From: a virus | Taxonomy: Duplodnaviria > Caudoviricetes | IMG/VR virus record: IMGVR_UViG_3300036945_000096 | Location: 1 to 58,208 of that record | DNA length: 58,208 nucleotides | Direction: 5' to 3' (one strand) | In this document: one piece after another, positions 48,677 through 57,819 of the stretch | How positions within the stretch are numbered: the stretch's first letter is position 1 | How the letters are laid out: each line of letters opens with the position of its first letter | Translations under genes and position numbers: made by a program | The notes under the pieces: generated by a model | Told to the model about the DNA's origin: nothing | The model's input: only the letters and a program-made list of their open reading frames with translations | The model's database searches: none

Positions 48677-49914
48677 CAATTACCAGCTATCCAGAACTAG
48701 TACGCATTGCTGGCAGTGGAAACACTGTTAGCATTGGTGGCACTAACACAGATGCATTTGGAAGACTTCGTGTAAGTACTCCATATACATTGTTTGATAG
48801 TCAAAACAGATATGGTATTGATAGTCAATTCAGTACCTCCACTGCTGGTTCTGGAGCTGCTACTCATCTCTCTAATGAGTCTTCTGTAAATATGGCTGTG
48901 TCTACAACTTCAGGTGATGAAGTGGTGAGACAGACATTTAGAGTGTTTCCTTATCAGCCGGGTAAGAGCTTGTTGTTATTGGCTACGTTCAAGATGGACA
49001 CAGCCAAGACCAATCTTAGACAAAGGGTTGGTTACTTTGGTACAGCCAATGGTGTGTTCTTAGAACAAGGTGCTAATGGTATTACCTTTGTTTTAAGAAC
49101 ATCTACCAGTGGTAGTGTGAGTGATGCACGATATGTAGCTAAGGCTAGTTGGAATGGGGATAAGCTGGATGGTACAGGTTCTAGTGGCATTACACTAGAT
49201 TTGACTAAGACACAAATCTTGTTCATGGATTTTGAATGGCTTGGTGTTGGTAGTGTTAGATGCGGGTTTGTTATCAATGGACAATTTATTGTTGCCCATA
49301 CTTTCCACAACTCAAATATAGAAACTGCTGTGTATATGACTACAGCCATTCTTCCTGTTCGTTATGAAATAACTAACACAGGAACTGTAGCTTCTTCCTC
49401 AGCAATGAAACAGATCTGTTCTTCTGTTATGTCTGAGGGTGGATATGAAGCAGTGTCGCAAGAACACTCAGCCAGAATGGTGTCTGCTACATCGGGTTCA
49501 TATATAACAACAACATTTAAACCGCTGGTGTCTATCAGACTAGCATCAGCCTCGTTAGATGCTGTAATACTTCCTTACAATTTAAATTTCTTACCTACCA
49601 CCTCAGACAATTATGAGTTGGCTTTGTTTAAAAATACTACACTAACAACACCAACATGGACAGCAGTTTCTTCTACTAGTAATGTAGAACAAGATTTAGC
49701 TTCTACATCTATGACTGGTGGAACAATTGTATATAGTGAGTACACTACAGGTAAATCTGGAAGAGTCCCATTAGCTACAGGGTCTGGTTACAATTGGGAT
49801 TTACAACTTGGTAGAACTTTAGCAAGTGTTAGTGACATTTATACATTAGCTGCTAGAACAGTATCAGCAACTGGTGGTGGTATTGGTTCTCTTTCTTTCT
49901 ATGATTTAACATGA
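48673..49914 (+). CDS. Virion structural protein (putative)
   Basis: DAFGRLRVS.P.TLFD, YQPGKS, EWLGVG.VR.G. Confidence 0.65.
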   Translation: MTITSYPELVRIAGSGNTVSIGGTNTDAFGRLRVSTPYTLFDSQNRYGIDSQFSTSTAGSGAATHLSNESSVNMAVSTTSGDEVVRQTFRVFPYQPGKSLLLLATFKMDTAKTNLRQRVGYFGTANGVFLEQGANGITFVLRTSTSGSVSDARYVAKASWNGDKLDGTGSSGITLDLTKTQILFMDFEWLGVGSVRCGFVINGQFIVAHTFHNSNIETAVYMTTAILPVRYEITNTGTVASSSAMKQICSSVMSEGGYEAVSQEHSARMVSATSGSYITTTFKPLVSIRLASASLDAVILPYNLNFLPTTSDNYELALFKNTTLTTPTWTAVSSTSNVEQDLASTSMTGGTIVYSEYTTGKSGRVPLATGSGYNWDLQLGRTLASVSDIYTLAARTVSATGGGIGSLSFYDLT

Positions 49915-50246
49915 CCACTAAAAATAGAACATTAGGTTTGACGCTAACAACCAGTAACGCAGATGTATATTCTGTGCCTACTAGTTTTAAGAGCACCATC
50001 GATTCCATCCTCATCAGTAATATTACATCTTCGGCAATTACTTTTAACTTAGACTGGTATAAATTGTCTAATACAACTTACTACCCGATTGCTACCACTG
50101 TGAGGATGGAACCTAACAGTGTGTTACAAATTACAAATGTGTTATATCTGGAAGCTGGTGACAAGATAAGAGGACTAGCAAGTGCTAATAGTTCTATTGT
50201 TGTTTCTATTCGAGTGAATGAACAATATTCTATATCAAATTTATAA
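49911..50246 (+). CDS. Small virion protein; resembles 5929-6282
   Basis: YLEAGDKIRGLAS motif. Confidence 0.6.
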   Translation: MTTKNRTLGLTLTTSNADVYSVPTSFKSTIDSILISNITSSAITFNLDWYKLSNTTYYPIATTVRMEPNSVLQITNVLYLEAGDKIRGLASANSSIVVSIRVNEQYSISNL

Positions 50247-50255
50247 GAGATTATT

Positions 50256-50624
50256 ATGGCTAAAAGAGAACTAAGCGAACAACAGAAAAAATTCATTGAG
50301 GTGTTATTTACCGAGGCTGGGGGCAATCCTCACAAGGCTAGACAGCTTGCTGGCTACAGCGAAGGCTACAATACCAAAGTCCTTATGGAAGTTCTTAAGG
50401 AAGAAGTGATTGAGGCTACACAGCTTTACATCGCTATGAATGCTCCTAGAGCAGCTATGGCTGTTGTCAGTGGCATTTCCGATCCTACAGAGCTAGGCTT
50501 GAAAGAGAAGCTTAACGCTGCTAAGGATTTGTTAGACAGGGCTGGTTTGGTGAAGACAGAGAAAGTTCAGGTGACAGCACCTAACGGCATTATGATTTTG
50601 CCAGCCAAAGACAGCGGTGAGTGA
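50256..50624 (+). CDS. Terminase small subunit
   Basis: L.E.Q.KF...A..AGYS HTH, AA..LLDRAG; upstream of TerL. Confidence 0.8.
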   Translation: MAKRELSEQQKKFIEVLFTEAGGNPHKARQLAGYSEGYNTKVLMEVLKEEVIEATQLYIAMNAPRAAMAVVSGISDPTELGLKEKLNAAKDLLDRAGLVKTEKVQVTAPNGIMILPAKDSGE

Positions 50625-51099
50625 TAGAGACTTAGGGGCTTGGATACTTCCCCAACCGAAAGCAAAGGAAACATATGTACCTATCCCAAAAATTAGAAAA
50701 ACTATACCATTTGGTTACAGACAAGATGAAGAAGACCCTAACCTTTTGCAGCCAATACCTACAGAGCTTGAAGCGTTAGAACTAGCTAAGAAACATTTAA
50801 AACAATATAGCTCTAGGCAGGTAGCAGCTTGGCTTACCACCACAACAGGTAGAACTATAAGCCATGTGGGATTGTTAAAGAGAATAAAGACTGAAAGAAC
50901 TCATGGACGAAAATCCGCTACTTACCGCAACCTTGCCACAAGGCTCAAAAAAGCCCTTGAGCAAGCGGAAAGGTACGAAGAAAAATCCAAGAGGCTCGGC
51001 AGGGAAGACCAAACAGGATACTTCGAGTCAGAACAGTACAGCAAGCTCTCCGAATATATCGATAGTAAACTCGCCAGAGATTCCTCTAGCGACACCTGA
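50617..51099 (+). CDS. DNA-binding protein with recombinase-like PFGY/HTH domain
   Basis: IPFGY...E...L...S.R.VA.WL...GR.ISH.GL. Confidence 0.6.
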   Translation: MSDRDLGAWILPQPKAKETYVPIPKIRKTIPFGYRQDEEDPNLLQPIPTELEALELAKKHLKQYSSRQVAAWLTTTTGRTISHVGLLKRIKTERTHGRKSATYRNLATRLKKALEQAERYEEKSKRLGREDQTGYFESEQYSKLSEYIDSKLARDSSSDT

Positions 51100-52498
51100 T
51101 GATAGGGAAGTATTGTTTAAGCCCAATCCGGGGCCACAAACATTCTTCTTAGCTTCTTCAGAGAGAGAAGTTTTATATGGTGGTGCTGCTGGAGGTGGTA
51201 AAAGTTATGCCATGCTTGCAGATCCGCTTAGGTATATGGTACATCCACAGTTTTCTGGGCTTCTGTTACGACACACTACAGAAGAACTTCGAGAACTTAT
51301 TTGGAAGAGTCAAGAGCTTTATCCAAAGATTTATCCCGGCATCAAGTGGAGTGAGAGAAAGATGCAATGGGAAGCTCCGTCAGGTGCTAGACTGTGGATG
51401 TCCTACCTTGATAGAGATGAAGACGTACTGAGATATCAGGGTTTGGCGTTTAGCTGGATTGGTTTTGATGAGTTGACGCAGTGGCATACGCCATTTCCGT
51501 GGAATTATATGCGTTCTCGACTGCGTACAGCAGCGTCAGACCTACCAATCTTCATGAGAGCTACTACCAATCCGGGTGGTCCGGGTCATGCTTGGGTGAA
51601 GAAGATGTTTATTGACCCTTCTCAAGCGGGTAAAGCCTTTGATGCCACTGATATTGAGAGTGGAACCACCTTAGTGTATCCCAAAGGACACAGTAAGGAG
51701 GGGCAAGCACTGTTTAAGCGTAGGTTTATCCCTGCTATGTTGACAGATAACCCCTATTTGATGCAAACTGGTGACTATGAGACTATGTTGTTGTCTCTTC
51801 CTGAGCACCAAAGGAAGCAACTACTAGAGGGTAACTGGGATATTGCTGAAGGTGCAGCATTCCCTGAGTTTAATAGGCAGATACATGTGGTAGAACCATT
51901 CCACATACCGAGTAATTGGACTAAATTTAGGGCTTGCGACTATGGATACGGAAGTTATAGTGCTGTGGTGTGGTTTGCTGTGTCTCCAAGTGAGCAATTG
52001 GTGGTCTATCGTGAGCTATATGTTAGCAAAGTGCTTGCCAAAGACCTCGCTCACATGGTGATGAGGGCTGAGGAGAACGATGGCCCTATGAGATATGGGG
52101 TGTTGGACAGTAGTTGCTGGCATAAGCGTGGTGATACAGGTCCATCACTGGCAGAACAGATGATTGCAGAGGGCTGTAGGTGGAGGCCGTCTGATAGAAG
52201 TGCTGGAAGTAGGGTGGCGGGTAAGAATGAGCTGCACAGAAGGCTACAACTTGACCCCTTTACAGAACAGCCAAGACTAGTTATAACAAGCAACTGTGTA
52301 AACACGATTGCTCAGCTACCCATCATACCTTTGGACAAGAGAAACCCAGAGGATATTGATACTAAGGCTGAAGATCACTTATATGATGCTATTCGGTATG
52401 GAGTGATGAGCAGACCTAGAAGTAGTTTGTTCGATTACAATCCATTACATTCTGCTGGAGCTGGTATGAAGACAGCAGACCCAGTATTTGGGTATTAA
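50903..52498 (+). CDS. Terminase large subunit (start uncertain)
   Basis: GPQ..F, YGGAAGGGKS, FDE, TNPGG, DYG, DH.YDA.RY. Confidence 0.95.
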   Translation: MDENPLLTATLPQGSKKPLSKRKGTKKNPRGSAGKTKQDTSSQNSTASSPNISIVNSPEIPLATPDDREVLFKPNPGPQTFFLASSEREVLYGGAAGGGKSYAMLADPLRYMVHPQFSGLLLRHTTEELRELIWKSQELYPKIYPGIKWSERKMQWEAPSGARLWMSYLDRDEDVLRYQGLAFSWIGFDELTQWHTPFPWNYMRSRLRTAASDLPIFMRATTNPGGPGHAWVKKMFIDPSQAGKAFDATDIESGTTLVYPKGHSKEGQALFKRRFIPAMLTDNPYLMQTGDYETMLLSLPEHQRKQLLEGNWDIAEGAAFPEFNRQIHVVEPFHIPSNWTKFRACDYGYGSYSAVVWFAVSPSEQLVVYRELYVSKVLAKDLAHMVMRAEENDGPMRYGVLDSSCWHKRGDTGPSLAEQMIAEGCRWRPSDRSAGSRVAGKNELHRRLQLDPFTEQPRLVITSNCVNTIAQLPIIPLDKRNPEDIDTKAEDHLYDAIRYGVMSRPRSSLFDYNPLHSAGAGMKTADPVFGY

Positions 52499-52507
52499 AG
52501 GGTATTT

Positions 52508-54607
52508 ATGGCGACAAACAATTTTATGGATGACAAGTCCATTGGTTTAGGGGATAAGAAGGAAGGCGAGGCTGCACCATTTACTGGTGATAGCCTCTTA
52601 GCTTTTCTAAACGATAGATACACCAAGTCTGAAGAGAGTCGCAGACAAGATGAACAGCGTTGGCTGAAGGCTTACAGAAACTATCGTGGTCTATATGGAC
52701 CAGATGTTAAATTCACTGAGACAGAAAAGAGCAGAGTGTTTGTTAAAGTGACAAAGACCAAGGTGCTTGCAGCATATGGTCAAATCACTGATGTGTTATT
52801 TGCTAATAATAGATTTCCCTTAAGTGTTGATCCAACTGTATTGCCAGAAGGTGTAGTTGATTCAGTACATATGGATCCTAAGGCTCCAGAAGATGCTGAG
52901 CCTGAAGTTGTTTCTCCCTTTGGATATAAAGGAGATGGTAAAGATTTACCTCCCGGTGCAACCTATGCCAGTTTGATGGATAGACTTGGACCACTGAAGG
53001 ACCAACTTAAAGATGCTAAGAATTTAAAAGAAGGTCCGGGTGTTACACCTACCTCTCTTACATTCCATCCTGCTATGGTGGCAGCTAAGAAGATGGAGAA
53101 GAAGATACATGACCAGTTGGATGAGAGTGGTGCTAACAAGCATCTCCGTTCCACTGCCTTTGAGATGGCTCTGTTTGGTACAGGCATCATGAAGGGTCCA
53201 TTTGCTAAGACCAAAGAATATCCTAGCTGGGATGATGAAGGTACTTACAAGCCTGAGATGAAGACAGTACCAGAGACATCACATGTTTCTATCTGGAACT
53301 TCTATCCTGATCCTGATGCTTCCAACATGGAAGAGGCTCAATATATTATTGAGAGACACAAGCTGAGTGCTACACAACTTAGGGCTTTGAAGAATCGTCC
53401 TTTGTTTAGAAACAATGTTATTGAAGATGTCATTGCTGAAGGTGCTTCTTACACTAAGAAGTATTGGGAAGATGACTTGAGAGACTATGCTCCCAACTTG
53501 GGAGTAGATAGATTTGAAGTGTTGGAGTATTGGGGCAATGTTGATATTGACATGCTCAAAGAAAACGACATTGATATTCCTGAAGCTTTGTTGGAAGTTA
53601 AGGAGTTGCAAGCCAACGTATGGTTCTGCAACAACAGAGTGATTCGCTTAGTATTGAATCCGTTTAAGCCAGCCAACATTCCGTATTACGCTGCTCCTTG
53701 CGAACTAAACCCCTACTCTCTATTTGGCATTGGTGTTGCCGAAAACATGGACGACACCCAGACCCTCATGAATGGTTTTATGCGTATGGCTGTAGATAAT
53801 GCAGTGTTGTCTGGCAACCTTGTATTCGAGGTTGATGAAACCAATCTCGTTCCCGGTCAAGACATGACAGTGTTTCCGGGTAAAGTGTTTAGGAGACAGG
53901 GTGGTGCTCCCGGTCAGTCTTTGTTTGGAACACAGTTTCCGAATGTGGCTGCACAGAACTTGCAACTGTTTGATAAGGCTAGACAATTGTCAGATGAATC
54001 AACAGGTATGCCTTCCTTCTCACATGGTCAAACAGGTGTTAGTGGTGTAGGCAGAACAGCCTCTGGTATTTCTATGTTGATGAATGCTGCTTCTGGTAGT
54101 GTTAAAACCATCATCAAGAATGTGGATGATTACTTGTTGGCCCCACTTGGTAAAGCTTTCTTTAGCTTTAACATGCAGTTTGATTTTGATAGATCTATCA
54201 AAGGTGATTTGGAAGTTACAGCCAGAGGAACAGAGAGCTTGATGGCTAATGAGGTGAGGAGCCAACGCTTGATGCAATTCTTGCAGATTGCTAGTTCTCC
54301 AGCATTGATGCCGTTTGCTAAGTTCCCTTACATCATTCGTGAGATAGCAAAGAGTATGGACTTAGATCCAGACAAGGTGACTAACAATATGGATGAGGCT
54401 TTGCGTCAAGCTTTACTGATGCAGCAAGCTACAGCTCCTGCTGCTCCGGCAGAGGGTGCTCCTCCAGTTGGTGGCCCAGAAGGTGGTCCTCCTCCAGTAT
54501 CTGATATGACTGGTGGTGGTGGTGGAAATATCGGTGTTGGTGCTGCACCAGTACCGGGTGAACAAGGATTTGCTGGTAATGTCCAAGCTGTACCTCCCCA
54601 AGCTTAA
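52508..54607 (+). CDS. Portal protein
   Basis: 699 aa after TerL; FGTG..KG, NFYPDP, RTASG.SML motifs. Confidence 0.92.
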   Translation: MATNNFMDDKSIGLGDKKEGEAAPFTGDSLLAFLNDRYTKSEESRRQDEQRWLKAYRNYRGLYGPDVKFTETEKSRVFVKVTKTKVLAAYGQITDVLFANNRFPLSVDPTVLPEGVVDSVHMDPKAPEDAEPEVVSPFGYKGDGKDLPPGATYASLMDRLGPLKDQLKDAKNLKEGPGVTPTSLTFHPAMVAAKKMEKKIHDQLDESGANKHLRSTAFEMALFGTGIMKGPFAKTKEYPSWDDEGTYKPEMKTVPETSHVSIWNFYPDPDASNMEEAQYIIERHKLSATQLRALKNRPLFRNNVIEDVIAEGASYTKKYWEDDLRDYAPNLGVDRFEVLEYWGNVDIDMLKENDIDIPEALLEVKELQANVWFCNNRVIRLVLNPFKPANIPYYAAPCELNPYSLFGIGVAENMDDTQTLMNGFMRMAVDNAVLSGNLVFEVDETNLVPGQDMTVFPGKVFRRQGGAPGQSLFGTQFPNVAAQNLQLFDKARQLSDESTGMPSFSHGQTGVSGVGRTASGISMLMNAASGSVKTIIKNVDDYLLAPLGKAFFSFNMQFDFDRSIKGDLEVTARGTESLMANEVRSQRLMQFLQIASSPALMPFAKFPYIIREIAKSMDLDPDKVTNNMDEALRQALLMQQATAPAAPAEGAPPVGGPEGGPPPVSDMTGGGGGNIGVGAAPVPGEQGFAGNVQAVPPQA

Positions 54608-54788
54608 AGGCTTTGTAAACACTCATGTAACATGGGATGCGTTCTTAGATTTGCTTGATGCAGAAATTGCAAACAAGCAGAAAGACTTAGAACAAGCTTC
54701 AGAGATGCGTGAGATTGGAAAGGCTCAAGGAGCCATTGCTGCTTTACGCAGATTGAAATATCTTAAGGATGAAGTAAATGTACACTAG
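54579..54788 (+). CDS. Small post-portal protein
   Basis: W..F...L...QG.I..LR.L..L motif. Confidence 0.7.
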   Translation: MSKLYLPKLKGFVNTHVTWDAFLDLLDAEIANKQKDLEQASEMREIGKAQGAIAALRRLKYLKDEVNVH

Positions 54789-54812
54789 TGATGTGTTTAT
54801 TCAAGGGAGTAC

Positions 54813-56567
54813 ATGATGGGGTTGGCAACACAGTTAGCAAAAGCTGGAGTAAAGAAAGCAGCTAAATCATCTTCTTCATTAACAGACTTAGTAAAAAATA
54901 ACTCTGTTGCTAAGTCTAAAGAGATAACTCCACAAGAAATTACTGAGTATATTAAGACAACACTTATACCAAAAAAAGAAAGCGATAAAAATTTTAAGTC
55001 TAAGTTCAAAGACACTACAGTTGTAGATGAGAAGAATAAACCCCGTGTGATGTATCACGGAAGAAATAAAGATTTTGAAAGTTTTGATACTGGTAATGTT
55101 AAAACAGATACACAAGAAATTGGGACACACATAGGCACTGCAGATCAAGCTAATGAGTTTGCTACTAGAGAAGGTGGTAATGTTGTGCCAACATATTTAG
55201 ATGTAAAGAACCCATTGAGATTAAATGATTATGGTAGTTTTGGTAGTGGTGAAGTATTAGAGCAGTTGAGATCAACAGGAAAGTTTAATGAAGACCTTCT
55301 TGATGAAATAGAAAATATACCTTCTATTGTTGAACGGAATAAAGCTGTTGTTGATTTAATTAAGAGTGATGGCTATGACGGAATTGTTTATCTTAATAAG
55401 AGAGAAGGTCTAAATCTAAAAGGAACAGAGAAACAGAAATCTGAAAAGATTGATGAACTTCAAGACTATGATGATGGAACACTAATAAAAAAGTATGGAG
55501 CAAAAGACTCCTACATAATTTTTGATCCCTCCCAAGCAAAATCTATTTTTAATAAAGGATCGTGGAGTGGATCGGATGATAGACTTAACTACAATAAAGG
55601 TGGCACTGTGAATGATATGAATAGACTGTTCGCTGAAGGCGGCATGAATGAAGAAGGTGGTACAGTAGATCCTGTATCTGGTAACGAAGTACCTGCTGGT
55701 TCTTTACAAAAAGAAGTTAGAGATGATATTCCTGCTCAGCTTAGCGAGGGTGAGTTTGTTCTTCCTGCTGATGTTGTTAGGTATATTGGCTTAGATAGGC
55801 TAATGAAGATTAGAGACAAGGCTAAAGAAGGCTTGGCTCGTATGGAAGAGATTGGTCAAATGGGCAATGCTGAACAAGCAGAAAGCCCAGAAGAACCACA
55901 TGGTGATGAGTTTGCTTCTGAGATTGATAGCATCATGAGTGAGCTGGATAGTGAAGGTGGAGAGAACAACTTAGCTGTTGGTGGTATGCCTACACCTAGT
56001 ACTGGCTTTCAAGTAAAACAGTTTAAGAAGCCTGATGGTAGCTCTATGTTTGTTACTTTCATTAATGGTGAACCAGCTACTACTATTCCAGAAGGTGCTC
56101 AAGAAGTAAACATTGCCAATCAAGCACAGAAAAATCAAGCATCTTTAACACCAACTGAAAAAGCAGTGAGCAATAAAACAAATATTGTTGATACGTTATT
56201 TTCTACTCCTGAAGAGGACAATAAGCGTATGGATAAAATGTTGTTTGATAAGATTGCTGAGAAGATGATAGAGAGGCAAAACAAAAAAACAATTAATGAG
56301 AATATTGAGTTTGATCCAAATGCTTTCAAATCAACAGACTCAGAACTTTTTAATTTCTCAGAAGCTGCTGACTATCGATTGACAGATGGTATGGAAGACA
56401 CTATGTTATCTGGGGCTATGAATGAAGCCGCTGCTCCTGTAATTCCTGAGATGCCCGTTGGCTCGGACACTATGCCAGATATGTCTTCTACAATGCCTGA
56501 TGTTTCTGCGATTGGTCCTGAGCTTGCTATGGCTAAAGGTGGCCTACTTACAAGACGTAAGAAATAA
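54813..56567 (+). CDS. Multidomain head-module protein: ART-PolyVal-like domain + DDIPAxLSEGEFV domain + acidic tail
   Basis: YHG...F..F...YL..KNPL...GYDG....Y..F.P.Q.KS; DPVSGN...DDIPAQLSEGEFV; four GG motifs. Confidence 0.7.
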   Translation: MMGLATQLAKAGVKKAAKSSSSLTDLVKNNSVAKSKEITPQEITEYIKTTLIPKKESDKNFKSKFKDTTVVDEKNKPRVMYHGRNKDFESFDTGNVKTDTQEIGTHIGTADQANEFATREGGNVVPTYLDVKNPLRLNDYGSFGSGEVLEQLRSTGKFNEDLLDEIENIPSIVERNKAVVDLIKSDGYDGIVYLNKREGLNLKGTEKQKSEKIDELQDYDDGTLIKKYGAKDSYIIFDPSQAKSIFNKGSWSGSDDRLNYNKGGTVNDMNRLFAEGGMNEEGGTVDPVSGNEVPAGSLQKEVRDDIPAQLSEGEFVLPADVVRYIGLDRLMKIRDKAKEGLARMEEIGQMGNAEQAESPEEPHGDEFASEIDSIMSELDSEGGENNLAVGGMPTPSTGFQVKQFKKPDGSSMFVTFINGEPATTIPEGAQEVNIANQAQKNQASLTPTEKAVSNKTNIVDTLFSTPEEDNKRMDKMLFDKIAEKMIERQNKKTINENIEFDPNAFKSTDSELFNFSEAADYRLTDGMEDTMLSGAMNEAAAPVIPEMPVGSDTMPDMSSTMPDVSAIGPELAMAKGGLLTRRKK

Positions 56568-56687
56568 TATATAATCTGAATACCTAAGTCTGAGGTGGGC
56601 AGACAGGTACTTAATAACCCCCACCATCCTTGGCTACCTATCTCCCTGTATTGACAGCTACAGTTAGCCCCAACTTAAAAGGTAAGT

Positions 56688-57551
56688 ATGACAGAAGCGG
56701 TAATTAATCAGAATCAACAAGCTCAGGCTTTTTCTCCCTTTGGTAAGCGTAATGCTAACAAGGATAAGATTGAACAAGAAGAAGCAGAGTTGAAACAAAT
56801 GGCTGAAGATAAGAACAAAGAACCACAGGAAGCACAAGAACCTGAGGACAGTTCTTTAAACGCAGAAGAAAAAAGCTTTAAGAAGCGTTATGGAGATCTG
56901 CGTAGACATTCTCAGCAACAGCAAACTACTTTGCAGAAGCAGATTGATGAGCTACGCTCACAGCTTCAGCAGAGTACAGAGAAACAAATTAGTCTTCCTA
57001 AGAGTGAGGAAGAACTAGCTGAGTGGGCAAAGACCTATCCTGATGTTGCAAAGATTGTTGAAACAATTGCAATTAAGAAGGCTAAGGAACAAACCCAAGC
57101 ATTGGATGAGAGATTCAAACAGCTAGATGAGAGGGAGAATAAGACATCTAAAGATAAGGCAGAGGCTGAATTGATGCGTTTGCATCCAGACTTTGATGTT
57201 ATCCGTGATGATGATGACTTCCACAACTGGGTTGAAGAACAACCTAAATGGATTCAAGATGCTTTGTATGACAATGAGAGCGATGCTAAGGCTGCTGCCC
57301 GTGCCATCGATCTTTACAAAGCTGATAAAGGTATTAAGGTTAAGAAATCTACTGCAGATAAAGGTGCTGCTGAAAGCGTAAACACCCGTAGTAGTCGTTC
57401 TGCACCTACAGGCGAGAGCACAGATGGTGTCTTTTATGAGTCACAGGTAAGCAAAATGTCTACCTTTGAGTATGAAAAGAACCAAGAAGCTATTGCTAAA
57501 GCATTACAATCAGGTAAATTTGTATACGATATTAGCGGAAGTGCTCGTTAA
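56688..57551 (+). CDS. Capsid scaffolding protein
   Basis: Acidic coiled coil, KKRYGDLR, HPDF; directly upstream of the capsid gene. Confidence 0.8.
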   Translation: MTEAVINQNQQAQAFSPFGKRNANKDKIEQEEAELKQMAEDKNKEPQEAQEPEDSSLNAEEKSFKKRYGDLRRHSQQQQTTLQKQIDELRSQLQQSTEKQISLPKSEEELAEWAKTYPDVAKIVETIAIKKAKEQTQALDERFKQLDERENKTSKDKAEAELMRLHPDFDVIRDDDDFHNWVEEQPKWIQDALYDNESDAKAAARAIDLYKADKGIKVKKSTADKGAAESVNTRSSRSAPTGESTDGVFYESQVSKMSTFEYEKNQEAIAKALQSGKFVYDISGSAR

Positions 57552-57554
57552 GTA

Positions 57555-57582
57555 TTGACAAACCTGAAACAACTGGTATAAC
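57555..57582 (+). promoter_or_regulatory. sigma70-like promoter for the capsid gene
   Basis: TTGACA-16 nt-TATAAC. Confidence 0.6.
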
Positions 57583-57819
57583 TTTAAGCAGGACTAGGTA
57601 TCTAGTCTTGCTCCTATGGGCCGTATCATACTAGTTACACTACCCCGTAGAGTTATCTGTCACGCAAAACAATAAACTGTCAGAACAACCTGAAGTTTGT
57701 TGGCCTGTATAAACAAGTGGAGGCATCCCTGTTTTATACACACCCATCAAATACAGCCTCTGTGGTGATGTTGAGCGTATTTAATTATATGCCTAACACA
57801 TATCTAGGAGGATATTAAA

